In this document: positions 34,443-46,230 of the stretch, piece by piece
Layout of the letters: the number at the start of each line of letters is the position of its first letter
How positions within the stretch are numbered: the first letter of the stretch is position 1
Origin: Marsupella aquatica
Taxonomy: Eukaryota > Plantae > Marchantiophyta
NCBI GenBank assembly: GCA_973895155.1
Contig: OZ316896.1
Location: 5,531,303 to 5,595,302, forward strand
Direction of reading: 5' to 3'
Length of the DNA stretch: 64,000 nt
Made by a program: the position numbers and the translations under genes
Notes under the pieces: model-generated
What the model saw: only the letters and a program-made list of their open reading frames with translations
The model's database searches: none
What the model was told of the DNA's origin: nothing

Positions 34443-37115
34443 TGTTAGGAATTGACTCAAGTTCCCGACTTTAATTACTTTGGCCTTACTAGGGTTAGTT
34501 GACCCTTGGTTAGTTTAGGATAAGATTCACTTATTTAGGCCCACACATCTTAGTCCTCCTTGGGGGGTATAGGTTGGAGGGAGAGCATTCTCTTCCTCAT
34601 TCTTCGCATATTTTTTCTTATGAGCTATGGATCCTTCAAGAGTTTCTCCATCATTGGTGTCTTGTAGGTGTAGTATGAGATTGTGTGCATTTTCATGTTC
34701 CGCATTGCTCCCTAGTCTAAGTTGACGGTTTCCAACAAGTGGTATCAGAGCTTTGTGTTCGACATTCGGTTGATTGGGCAGTGGGGAGAATGTTCTGTGT
34801 GCTGGATTGGGTGAAAGATTGAATCATTATCAATGATTGCATGATCGTTTCACTAGGCGCTTTGCGCTAGAGTTATCCTGTTTGGAAGAGGTGACAGTTG
34901 TCGTGGTTGCTCAGCTATGACGGCCAAAAGCTTATTTACAATGTGACATTTGAATCAACTATTGAATGTGAGAAAGAAGTTGCTTAACAAATAGTCTGCA
35001 GAGTTTTGGACATTTTGAGCCAAATATTGGCTTCTACAAAGCTATTTTGCGGGAGTTATCGCCACTTTAAGATTGCAATTTTTTCTGACGGTTTGTTGTA
35101 GTTCCGCGACAAAGAGTTGGGCGCAGCATCACAACTTGAATTTCTGCATGATATTGGGGTTCTTGTTAGAGCTTGTGGTTGAACTACATGGTTTAGCACC
35201 TTGTCGTGAGGGTGCTGGTGTTGTTTTGACCAAACTAATTTGCAAATAGTTAAGTTTGTGACAGGATTTGCTCCAACCGGTGCCACAATTCTTGTGTATC
35301 TTTGCATTCAAATGTTGCAGTTCTTTGAGACAATTGGGGATCGTTGGATCCTGGCAATCGGTTGTATAGATCAATTTGCTTTTGGTTGGTCAAGAACTGA
35401 GCACGGGTTTTTGAGTGATTGATAAGATTGGGGGTAGAGAATCTACCTCAACGTACCATGCTCATAGCGGCACGTGTTATATTGTGATGAGGCCAACAGG
35501 TGGGCCCCTCACAAGTGAACAGTAAATTGAGGTAACAGGGTTTCTAATAGTGACCCAAGGAGCCTCGCCCCAAGGGCGACCCTATGTAGGGTCGAACCAA
35601 GAGCGAACTGGAAAATGGTTTTGCCAATAACTTTCTTATTGAAGTCAGTTTGAAGAAGTTTTTACGCTAGTGCATTCAGAACTCAAATTTGTCAACTTCA
35701 ATTTTGGTAAATTTTTGAGTGAAGGTAGTTTGGTACTTGTGTTTCCTGTGTGTTTGTGGAAGCATCCATTGCTTCACAAAAGCTTACAGCGCCAAAGGCT
35801 GAGATGGAGAAGTTTCATGGGAAGGTCAGCTTTTGCCTCTGAAATGAGGAGTGGGAAGACATGTTGGTGTAGGCGTGTAGTACAATCAAGTTGTTCTTAG
35901 CCAACAACATTCTTAAGAACGTGTTGGGGATGGATTGGAATGCCAAGAAGATCTGGGACGCTTACTCAGCTATACCAGAGTACTTCATTGCCCGCTTCAT
36001 TGACAGATACTCGTATTTACCAGTTGGAGCGGTTGTTCAGGTTGAAGTTGAAGGAGGTACAAACATGCATGATCATCTAAGTCTCTTTGATGAGATTTTG
36101 CACGAGGTGACCACGGCGGGAGATAAGTTGACCGATAAGTACCTTGCGATGCATTTGTTGATGTCGCTTCCAAAGAGTTTTTTGACGTTGGTACCGGTCA
36201 TCACACATCAAGACTATGTTGAAGCTGGATGTGGTGAAGGCTAGCTACCATTCTTGCATAATGGAGCAAGCAACATCTTTTTGACCATGAAGATAAATCT
36301 GCTGCCATAATGGTTAGAGGCAGATTGATGGAGCGTACTATGGACCAGGCTAGATCTAAATCTCAAAGTAGATCTAAATCTAAGTCTTGTACGTAGTAAG
36401 AAAGTTCAGTGTTGGCATTGCCATGAGAAGGGCCACACCAAGTGGAATTGTCCTTCTCTGTCAAAGCAGAAGTATCCTGCTTTCAATGGTGCGTCCTTCT
36501 CGTTAGCTAACATTGTGATTGATGATAATGAGGATGTTGCTGAAGTGCTATGTATTGGTGCTTTGAATTTTGTGTATGAAAATAAATGGATGTTGGATTT
36601 GGGTTCCTCTTATCACATGTGTCCAACGCGGTCATATTTCTCCAATTACCAACCTTGTACTAGTACTATGGAAATTGGAAATGGTATCCAATGTGCGATT
36701 GTTGGCATGACGACTATCAAATTTTGGATGTTTGATGGTGTTGTGCAAGCACTGACAAAAGTCAGGCACATACCAGACATCTTTAAGAATTTGGTTTCCT
36801 TGGGTGCTCTAGAAGCTGGTAGATCTCATTTCACTGCACGTGATGGTGCTCACTTTGTCGTCAAAGGTGATGTATCTTTGATTAAGGCGCTATGGCAAAA
36901 TAGTTTGTATATCTTGCAAGGAGATGTCATGCTCCTCAAGTGGGGCATGTGTTCTATGGTGGAACGTTTGGATGCAGTGGCAACATTTGATGAAGAGTCA
37001 TTTTTGGTGGCTGCAATTGAAGCACCCTCAACATCTGGTCGCACACAAGCCATAGATTTGTGGCATGCACGGTTTGGGCACTTGAGTGGTAAAGGATTTG
37101 CAGCCTTGGCAAATG
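34443..37115 (+). mobile_element. Degenerate, 3'-truncated Ty1/copia element
   Basis: Candidate LTR TGTTAGG...CCAACA at 34443-34737; PBS TGGTATCAGAGC (tRNA-iMet) at 34740-34751; gag remnants (LLMSLPKSF, CWHCHEKGHTKWNC); protease WMLDLGSSYHMC; pre-integrase LWHARFGHLS. Confidence 0.85.
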
Positions 37116-38145
37116 TCATCTGTTTATCAAATGGTAACCACTTATATTTTCACTATTTCACAACAAATACCATTTTAATCGTATCACGGGGACGTGGAGG
37201 GACGCTATTTAGACTTCCTCACACCAGAAAGGAGTAGATTCATTTTTGCTCCCGAAAATACATTTTTTGATCGTCTGCCGACTGTTTTTCCCTTCCTCGC
37301 TTTTGATCAAGTCCCATGGACTACACTCTCTCCCTTCCTCTTAGTCTCTAATGAAGTGTTGTCACTACTCCCCTAGCTCATAGGCCAACCAAACCTTGCA
37401 AACTTCTCTTAACAATCTGCTTGGGGCATTCTTTCACAAAAGCACACCAATACGGGCTACGGGAAGGACACAACTATGAAAGAAAAATAAATCATAACAC
37501 ACAACAAAATTCGGAGAGTCATACTGAATCCATAGCTTTTGGTGAACAATATAACACATTGTATGAGCAACCCAGCCTCCTCCCGTCTACTCAACTCCTG
37601 CCTCACTAGGACAATGAGTACTTCTCACCTCCCTACTCTAGATGATTTCTTGCTATATGCTGCAATCTAACACTTCAAATCCACTCTAGACTAAGTCCCC
37701 CCTGCACTTACCAGGGGTTGTCGTTAAGTACTAGAAAATAAAATACCCAAGCATCCAAGGGCACAAGGGCCGCCGCTACTTCTGTGGCGGCGCCACTAAT
37801 CCTAACACCTCTAACCTAGAAAATGCGGTACACACATGTTAAATAAAATTCTATTCCTTATTGAATGCCAATGGTGCCTTCATTGGCATCTACCGACGAC
37901 TAACTATTCCCTACTTTACTCCTCCAACCGATCACTACCTTCTTCCCCGGAGTGGCCACTGACATCCTCACTGCTTGACTGAACTGATGCCACCTCACTC
38001 ACCCCCTTCTTCATCGGAGTAGTCTTTCCAGAAGTCTGACTCAAACTTCCTCTCTGCCAAAACGAGGCCAAGGTCTTTCATGTAGTGATGTACCCCTGGT
38101 TGATAGTGTCTCTCCACAAGGCGGTCTCCTCCGGTGATCGCAACT

Positions 38146-39776
38146 CTACGGGCAAGCTGACTGATCTTGGTGGCATACCGGTTTGACTAATCTTGGTGGC
38201 ATACCGGTGGGACCATGACTAGCTAGTGCATCTTGTAATGTTTTACGGGCCACCTTTAGTTTACTCTCCAGGCTCTTGCACTTCTCCTTGTTCTTCTTGG
38301 CAGCCTCCAACAGGGGTTCATAAGTTTTGGTAAGCTCTATGACCACAACATTGACTGCAAAGTTTAATGCTTCTCGCAAAATTTCTATTTTCGGGGCAAC
38401 CGTAGGGGTAGTACTAGGTGGACAAAGGCCCTTCCTCTTCCCAAGGCTTAAAACCTCAGCTCTCTTATTTCTGGTCTCATAAGCGCTCACTTGGCTATGG
38501 AGGTCTAAAATCTGCTTCTTGAGGTTCTCGCTTTCCCCCAATAATTTCTTCAAGCTTACTACTTCCTCCTTCAAGGTCACAACCTCTTTCGCCTCTTTGG
38601 TCTTGGTGGCCACCCCTTGCAAGTGAGTAATCTCCTCATTGGCTTGCTTCAGGATGTCTTTGTTCAGCGAGATGACCTCTTCCAATGCTGCAATCTTGGT
38701 ATTGGCTTGGTCAAGGTCCTCGTTTGTAGTCTGCCATAGCATTAACCCCGTGTGGATACCCATACAAAACTCCCGTAGTTCAGCCAGGTACACCTCTAGA
38801 ATGTCATACTCAATGGCTTCCTCCGGATTGCCGACCAGGCCCTCTAGCCACTCCAATGTATACTCCTCGTCATCCCCCTCCTCCTCATCTAACGCATCTG
38901 TGGTAATCATAGATGTCGATACCGTAGGTGCCCTTTGGGCCATTCCTTCAATGATTGTGGTAGCTACCCTTCTCATTTTGGTTGAGAAGGAAGGCAACAC
39001 TCTCCCCTCACCCGGTGGAGGCGTGGGACCAGGTATGAGTCCCTCAGCCCAAACCAGGATGAAGGTTCCAATCACATGAATGATTCCGCCTGGCTTGAGA
39101 CTCTGGGGATCCGCAGCCAAGGCCTTTCCCACACCAGATGCCCACCAATCATATGCATGCTTTGGGTGGCTCTTAATGTCCATTGCAAATGGTCAGGTGC
39201 TCTCCCATGATGAAACTAGATTGTGGTCGATTGAGGATTTGTTGGTGCATCTTCCCTACAAACCCCTTGTATGCTGGGTATTTGAAGAAGGTGAGGGGAA
39301 TGTTGGTCACCGACGTACGTTGGCTCCCTCATAAACTCAGCTAATTGGTCTAGGATAAGTAGTTTAGGTGGCCCCATGGGATAAAATGTGAAATCCTGGT
39401 TGGAAAGCATCAAGAAGTCGACAATGTCAGAGTGACTAAAAGTGTTGTTGAGGCAACGATAGTATAGTCCCCCAAACCGGGCCTCCAATCCTACCTCTAC
39501 ATCCCAACTTTTCTTAGCATGGCACTTGATATCCAGTCTAACCAAACCCATAAGCCCGGTGGCTCTAAACAACTCTCCACTCTCCTCAAGGGTTCTGGTG
39601 GTGGTCTTCGGGTATGCGCTCTTGAAACTCTTGGGTGCCCTACTCGTTCCCTCCCCGGTCATGGCCCAGGTCTTCTCTTTGATCTCTCTCCTAGCCACGA
39701 GTGAGGCAATGTACTCCCGGTAAGCTGTCTGGTACCCCCGTATATGTGCAGCCGGAAACTCAAGCCTATCCCTCAT
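38146..39776 (-). pseudogene. Disrupted transposon-type ORF with C-terminal coiled coil
   Basis: Two consecutive ORFs (186 and 345 aa). Heptad-rich C-terminus EDLDQANTKIAALEEVISLNKDILKQANEEITHL. Confidence 0.6.
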
Positions 39777-40300
39777 CCACTCCTCTTAGGCTCGTCCAGC
39801 CTTAAAGGTGCTCCCATAATCTTTTCCCACAACCACAAGGCCCAAATAGCCCCCCAACTTTAGCTTGGTATAGCCAAGGTTCACTCAACAGCCCACATAC
39901 CCTACTCGGTCACTCTTCTCACAACTCAGGTACCCCGGGGATTGTTGTCTAGAATTCCTAACTCCCTTCCATTCTTCCCAAAATTCAGTAGCACTAAAAC
40001 AGGGGAGTCTTGCTAGAGAACTCATGCCCAAGAGGGAATGAATGTTGAGCATAGACGACGATCGCAACGGCAAGCCCATGAACCATCCAACGCACAATAG
40101 TCGACACAAGAGATACGTGGTTCACCTCTTTGAGGCTACGTCCACGGGAACACACAAGAGAGCTTTACTGAACTCTAAGCCCGTCGGCTATACCGAGTCT
40201 CCACAGTGTAAGCTCTCCCTATCTCTCAAGTGGCTCCATAACAATGAGCCTTGGTTCTACCTCTCCAAGCACACATGCCTCTTATGATATAGTGTGCAAC

Positions 40301-40470
40301 TTAGTTGTACCTAACCACATAGTTATACCTAACCACATAGTTGTACCTAATCACGTAGTTGTACCTAACCACATAGTTGTACCTAATCACGTAGTTGTAC
40401 CTAACCACGTAGTTGTACCTAACCACGTAGTTGTACCAACCCACGTTGTTGTACCAACCACGTCATACCT
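40301..40470. repeat. 18-bp tandem array inside the copia LTR (also at 45773-45925)
   Basis: Unit tagttgtacctaaccac(a/g). The 3' LTR has one more unit (457 vs 439 bp). Confidence 0.95.
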
Positions 40471-40690
40471 AACCTAGACGTAAGAGTAAATACCCAACAA
40501 TCTTCCCCTTGACTCTGGTCTAGGGGAGAGTAATACTGCCAATGTATATGATCCCTCAGCGGGAAGTTCTGGACAGAAACCAAACCGGTTTCCCTCTCTA
40601 ACTAGAGCAAACCAGAACTAAGCCGTAGCCTAATACATAGGAATGAGGAAGAGCATATATCAGTAATTACAATGAATGTTTAAGAAAACT

Positions 40691-43600
40691 CTACTTGTGA
40701 TGCAATTGCAAAACCTGCAATACGTCACGGTGTCTAGAGAAACTCTCCAAAGGAATCACTTTGGTAAATGCGTCAGCCGGGTTGAGTTTACCATCAATCT
40801 TGACTAGCTCAAACAAATTATCAGACACAGCCTGCTTGATAAAATGGTACCTGACGTCAATGTGCTTCACTCTGCTGTCCATCACCTGGTTCACAGCAAG
40901 GTGGAGCGCACTTTGACTATCACAATGGAGCTTCACATTCCCCTGTGGCAATCCCATTTCAGTGATAAGTCTATCCAACCAAATCGCTTCCTTTGCTGCT
41001 TCCGCAGCTGCAACATACTCCGCTTCTGTAGTAGACTGAGCAATACACTTCTGCAAAGTAGACCTCCAACTTATGCATCCACCGCCAAGTGTGAACACGT
41101 ATCCTGTTGTTGATCTCCTTCGGTCCAAATCTTGTCCATAGTCAGAATCTACATAGCCAATCAATGATCTAGCATTCTTTGCATTCGCATCAAATAAAAG
41201 ACCATGATCCACGGTACCCTTCAAGTACCTGATAATCCACTTCACTGCTTCCCAGTGTACCTTCCCTGGATTCGACATGTACCTGCTCACCTTGCCCATA
41301 GCCATGGCAAGATCAGGTCTAGTGCAAGTCATCAAATACATGAGACTCCCCACTGCCTTGTCATATGGAACCTTTGACATCAACCCCTTCTCTGTGTCAT
41401 CCGTAGGACAGAACGCTGATGATAACTTGAAGTGTGGAGCCAACGGGGTACTTACTGGCTTGCTATTCTCCATGTTGAACCTTGCAATTACCTTCCTCGC
41501 ATAACTGCTCTGCGTCAACCATAGCTTGCCAGCCTCCAAGTCCCTAGTGATCTCCATACCCAAAATCCTCTTAGCTGGCCCTAAGTCCTTCATCTTAAAC
41601 TCTGCACTAAGCAGTGCCTTGAGCTTAACAATCTCAGACCTATCCTTGGCTGCAATTAGCATGTCATCCACATAAAGTACTAAAACAATGAACCCAAAGA
41701 CAACATTCTTCACCGGTTTCAAATACACACAAGGGTCAAATACACTTCTGTGAAAACCTTGTGACCGAATCCAATCGTCAAACCGCTTGTTCCACTGTCT
41801 TGGTGACTGCTTCAACCCATACAAGGATTTCAGCAATCTGCAAACCAATTCCTCCTGTCCTCTCTTCACAAAACCTAGCGGTTGTCTCATGAAGATCACC
41901 TCTTCCAATGTGCCATAGAGGAAAGCTGTGACAACATCCATCTGATCTAGGAGCAGACCAAACATTACAACAAGTACACACAATAGTCGTATTGTAGAGT
42001 ACTTAGCAACTGGTGAGAAGACCTCATTGTAATCCACACCTTTCTCTTGTGTGAATCCCTTTGCTACCAATCTAGCCTTGTAGACCTTCGATCCACCTCC
42101 TATGGAATTATCCTTCAGCTTGTAAATCCACTTGTTGTCCACCACTTGCTGACCCTTAGGCAGCTTAACAAGCTCCCAAGTTTTGTTGTCCTTTAGTGAC
42201 TGCATCTCCGTTTGCATTGCTGCAGTCCACTTCTGCTTCTCCTTTGAAGCACTTGCCTCATGAAATGAAGAAGGTTCTCCTTCTTCCAAAATTAACGCAT
42301 CACCCTCATCATCAGCTGTAAAATCATCCTCTTGCAGTTGAGATGAATCAACCCACTGTCCATACCTTGATGGAGCGCGTACAGTGCGACCAGATGTTCT
42401 TCTAGCCGATGACTCCGGTTGATCTGCGTGTGCTGGTACAATTTGAAGCTCAACAGCATCCACTTGCTGCTCACCAGCATCAACAAACTCCTCTGGTTCC
42501 TCTGGCACAGGAACCAGCTCCATAATTGGAGCAACTCCTTCTCTCCGGTCATGCACCTCATAACCAATCTCCCCCTCAACGAGATCCGGGATAGGAGATT
42601 TTCCTTTGTCAGTACGGGAGACCTGAGTATTCTCCCCCTCCTTCAATAATCTGGATTCATTGAAGGAAACATCCCTACTGACAACGAGCTTACAGGCAAT
42701 AGGATCCCATAGCCTATAGGCTTTCACACCACTCTGGTACCCAAGAAAAACACATTTCCTGGAGGTAGGATCCAACTTGGTCATATTCTGCTTTGGTGTG
42801 AGAGCATATGCATCACTTCCAAAAATTACCAAGCCATGATAGTCTGCTTGCCGCTTATAGCGCATCTCAAACGGCGTTTTGAAATTGATAGCACTAGAAG
42901 GAGAAAGATTTACCAAATAAGCTGCGGTATTGACAGCTTCTGCCCAAAATTCTTGTGGTAAACCTGATTGGCTCAACATACTCCGTGACCGCTCCAACAG
43001 TGTCCGATTGAGCCTCTCAGCGACACCATTCTGCTGCGGAGTATAAACTGTGGTGAGATGGCGAGTTATCCCCTGTTCTGAACAGTACTCTTCAAATTCC
43101 ATTGAAGTGTACTCCCTGCCGTTGTCTGACCTCAGACTCTTCACCCTTGTATCCAAACACTTGATCGTGTTTCCAGTCTGATTCTCCACCTGGGCCTTCC
43201 ACTTCTTAAAAATGGACAAGACATCAGACTTATGCGTCATGAAATAAATCCACACAAATCTTGAGTAATCATCAATAAATGATACATAGTACAACTTTCC
43301 AGAGTGTGAGGGAGTCGGGGATGGACCCCACACGTCACTATGTATGTACTCAAGAACCGCTTTGGAACGATGAGTTCCAACACCAAAAGCACGACGATGC
43401 TGCTTTCCAAGAATGCAATGCTCACAAAACTCTAATTTACAAGATTGCAAATCAGAAATGAGTCCATTCTTCCGTAAGATAGCCAAACCCTTCTCACTCA
43501 TGTGGCCTAGCCGTGAATGCCACAGTTGAGTCATCTCCTCGTGAGACTTGGTTACATTGGCCTCTCCACATACAGTATTGCCCTGTAACACATACAAATT

Positions 43601-43963
43601 CTTTTGTCTACTCCCCTTCAAAATCACTGTCTCTCCCGACCTGACTTGAAGTTCACCATCAATAACGCTCCATTGATGACCATTTGAATCCAACACACCG
43701 AGTGAAATCAGATTCTTACGCATGCCAGGTACATACCTGACTCCGGACACTGTGCGCACAGCGCCATCAAACATTTGAATCTTCACAGACCCAATTCCCT
43801 CAATTTGACAGGAGTGATCATTTCCCATCAGAACTGAACCGTTTGAAATAGAGTAAGAACTGAAAAACTCACAAATGTAACAAATATGAAAAGAGCAAGC
43901 ACAATCAAGAATCCACACATCATCTGCTCTCCTAGATGACGTGCACAGGGCATACCCCCGGCT
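40691..43963 (-). CDS. pol: Copia Pol (PR-IN-RT-RNase H), open frame
   Basis: WILDCACSFH; LWHSRLGH...CEHC; HSDVWGP, RSDNGREY, QNGVAER; MDVVTAFL, LYGLKQSPRQW, YVDDML; STTEAEY, KHIDVRYHF. Confidence 0.97.
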   Translation of the reverse strand, partial: SRGYALCTSSRRADDVWILDCACSFHICYICEFFSSYSISNGSVLMGNDHSCQIEGIGSVKIQMFDGAVRTVSGVRYVPGMRKNLISLGVLDSNGHQWSVIDGELQVRSGETVILKGSRQKNLYVLQGNTVCGEANVTKSHEEMTQLWHSRLGHMSEKGLAILRKNGLISDLQSCKLEFCEHCILGKQHRRAFGVGTHRSKAVLEYIHSDVWGPSPTPSHSGKLYYVSFIDDYSRFVWIYFMTHKSDVLSIFKKWKAQVENQTGNTIKCLDTRVKSLRSDNGREYTSMEFEEYCSEQGITRHLTTVYTPQQNGVAERLNRTLLERSRSMLSQSGLPQEFWAEAVNTAAYLVNLSPSSAINFKTPFEMRYKRQADYHGLVIFGSDAYALTPKQNMTKLDPTSRKCVFLGYQSGVKAYRLWDPIACKLVVSRDVSFNESRLLKEGENTQVSRTDKGKSPIPDLVEGEIGYEVHDRREGVAPIMELVPVPEEPEEFVDAGEQQVDAVELQIVPAHADQPESSARRTSGRTVRAPSRYGQWVDSSQLQEDDFTADDEGDALILEEGEPSSFHEASASKEKQKWTAAMQTEMQSLKDNKTWELVKLPKGQQVVDNKWIYKLKDNSIGGGSKVYKARLVAKGFTQEKGVDYNEVFSPVAKYSTIRLLCVLVVMFGLLLDQMDVVTAFLYGTLEEVIFMRQPLGFVKRGQEELVCRLLKSLYGLKQSPRQWNKRFDDWIRSQGFHRSVFDPCVYLKPVKNVVFGFIVLVLYVDDMLIAAKDRSEIVKLKALLSAEFKMKDLGPAKRILGMEITRDLEAGKLWLTQSSYARKVIARFNMENSKPVSTPLAPHFKLSSAFCPTDDTEKGLMSKVPYDKAVGSLMYLMTCTRPDLAMAMGKVSRYMSNPGKVHWEAVKWIIRYLKGTVDHGLLFDANAKNARSLIGYVDSDYGQDLDRRRSTTGYVFTLGGGCISWRSTLQKCIAQSTTEAEYVAAAEAAKEAIWLDRLITEMGLPQGNVKLHCDSQSALHLAVNQVMDSRVKHIDVRYHFIKQAVSDNLFELVKIDGKLNPADAFTKVIPLESFSRHRDVLQVLQLHHK

Positions 43964-44998
43964 TCATAAAACATACTCATCATTGAGTAAATCAGCTTCT
44001 CCATCAGCCCTAGCCACATTTGCCGATGAAGTTTCCGCTGCCTTTCCCTTACAGTCTCGCTTGAAGTGTCCAACTTGGTTGCACTTCCAACATGTCACCT
44101 GCCTCCTCTGAGGGGATTTACCCTTGGACTTAGATCTGGATTTAGATCTAAACTGGGTTCTACGGTCCCTAGTTGGTCGCTGCATACTCCTCCCACGGTT
44201 AACATTGAGGGCAGCACCAGATGATGAAGGCTGTGACGTGATGTGCATCTTCTACTGAAGATCATCACTAAGCAGAGAACTTACCACGTCATTGTATGAA
44301 ATGGTATCCCTATCACGATGCAACAACACTCGTGATAGGGACTGGTAAGATGGAGGCAATGAACTAAGAAGCTGCAAAGCCTTCGTCTCATCATTCAAAG
44401 TCTCCCCAAGGTTTTCCAAGTCAACGACCATGTCGTTGAAAGCATCCACATGGTCTTGCAACTTCGTACCAGATTCCTTCATCCTGAAACTCATCAGTTT
44501 GTAGGAAGTGTAGAGCCGGTTCGACAACTCCTTGCGGTGATACTTGCTCTGCAATTCCGCAAATAAGGACATGCAATCCTTATGTGCACCCAACTGCTTG
44601 ATGATGGGAGGCATGAGATAGAGTGTAACACACCACACTCCCTGCTCCTGCATGCGGTCCCATTGTTTCTCATCAACATCGTCTTCACGAGGGCTCAGCA
44701 GTTGGCCCATCCCTGACGCATAAAGCACTCCCTTCACCTGCTTCTCCCATAGCAAGTAGTCAGAGCGCCCATCATACTTTGTCACTTCATACTTGGGTCC
44801 CCCAAGCTTGAAAGTCCCCATCTTCTTCTTTACCGTGAGCTCCGGTAGTAGTACTGCTTCCTCCACCACACGCCGCACCGGTGATGGTATTGGTGTCACG
44901 TGCTCTTCCTCCTGCTCCTCTCTCTGCCCCTGAAACCTCCGCGGTGACCCTCGTGCTTCAAGTTCCACGTCTTCGAAAAACTCCTCCGAATCACTCAT
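43964..44998 (-). CDS. gag: Copia Gag with an internal in-frame TAG at 44252-44254
   Basis: KYDGRSDYLLW, LLSSLPPSY, zinc knuckle CWKCNQVGHFKRDC. ORFs 44252-44998 and 43964-44248 are in the same frame. Confidence 0.93.
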
Positions 44999-46069
44999 AT
45001 GAGAAAGTCACAAAAAATGTTGTTTTTCACAACTTCTCAAAAAACTCGAAACTCAACACCGCCGCGTAGCCCACAAAGCTAGGAGTCCAATACTTGTCAA
45101 CAACGAATGTTGATCAATTGCACTTGGTGCCGTCACCAAGTCCAACATGGTAATTGATTTTGCTTAGCCTTCCTCTTTGCATCAAAGAGCCAATCCCGGA
45201 CTCAAAAACAATCGTCTTGCCTCAATCTCTCCGTTGAGTCAAAACACTTGACGCTTCTCCCTCCGAGTCGATTGCCAACTTTCTTCACAAAATCCAGAAC
45301 GACGAAAACTTAGATCTCTCTGCACCACGAGCTCCGTTCAACGATTTCTTCACACCGTTAGAAAGCTCTTGCCCTGATCTATCCGTTGAGCCCATAAACT
45401 CCAAGTTCCATGCGATGGAACTCTGGAAAATCCACCAACACTCAACGCTGGAAAAACCGTCATGAAATCCCGTCACGAACACACGTCACCTCCCAAGCAT
45501 GCTCTGATACCAATTGTTGAGCATAGACGACGATCGCAACGGCAAGCCCATGAACCATCCAACGCACAATAGTCGACACAAGAGATACGTGGTTCACCTC
45601 CTTGAGGCTACGTCCACGGGAACACACAAGAGAGCTTTACTGAACTCTAAGCCCGTCGGCTATACCGAGTCTCCACAGTGTAAGCTCTCCCTATCTCTCA
45701 AGTGGCTCCATAACAATGAGCCTTGGTTCTACCTCTCCAAGCACACATGCCTCTTATGATATAGTGTGCAACTTAGTTGTACCTAACCACATAGTTGTAC
45801 CTAACCACATAGTTGTACCTAATCACGTAGTTGTACCTAACCACATAGTTGTACCTAATCACGTAGTTGTACCTAACCACGTAGTTGTACCAACCCACGT
45901 TGTTGTACCAACCACGTCATACCTAACCTAGACGTAAGAGTAAATACCCAACAATGAAGAATGGTAAGAAAAGCACAGGGTTTAAGTAGGCTCACAACAG
46001 AGTGACCCTTTGGTCATTCCCCTTTCCAAGTCAAACCCCTCTCCAATCCTTCTTTCTCATATCCCTCCA

Positions 46070-46230
46070 AGTGTAGCAACTATCATGGCTTAGGTCATGC
46101 AACAACTACTGCCATGACAAAGTGTCACATTTTTTAGAGCATCAACTACTCCCATGACAAAATATCACGTTTTTCAGAGCATCAACTACTCCCGTGACAA
46201 ATGACAAAATATCCCATTTTTTCAGAGTAC
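46070..46230. repeat. ~40-bp tandem repeat
   Basis: caactactccc.tgacaaa.t.tcac.ttttt.agagcat occurs about 3 times. Confidence 0.8.

Larger units (their letters stand above)
40043..45953 (-). mobile_element. Young full-length Ty1/copia LTR retrotransposon (5911 bp)
   Basis: LTRs TGTTG...CAACA at 40043-40499 (3') and 45515-45953 (5'), almost identical. TSD ATGAA at 40038-40042 and 45954-45958. PBS TGGTATCAGAGC at 45501-45512; PPT AAGGGGAAGAT at 40500-40510. Confidence 0.98.
37182..46199 (-). mobile_element. Possible family E ORF-bearing LTR-like unit (~3.1 kb net), interrupted by the young copia
   Basis: Ends TATCACGGG / CCCGTGACA (8/9 inverted). Minus-strand ORFs 39216-39776 and 38146-39183 have a similar layout (GLMGLVRL; DWWA...GG..HVIGTFILVW; Pro/acidic linker; coiled coil). 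The TSD is not convincing (aatcg/aatga). Confidence 0.45.

Noticed and set aside
34207-34455. Small coiled-coil gene with KVDM heptads
   Set aside because: Only 82 codons and cut by the copia LTR at 34443; probably a relic, with no further exon identified.
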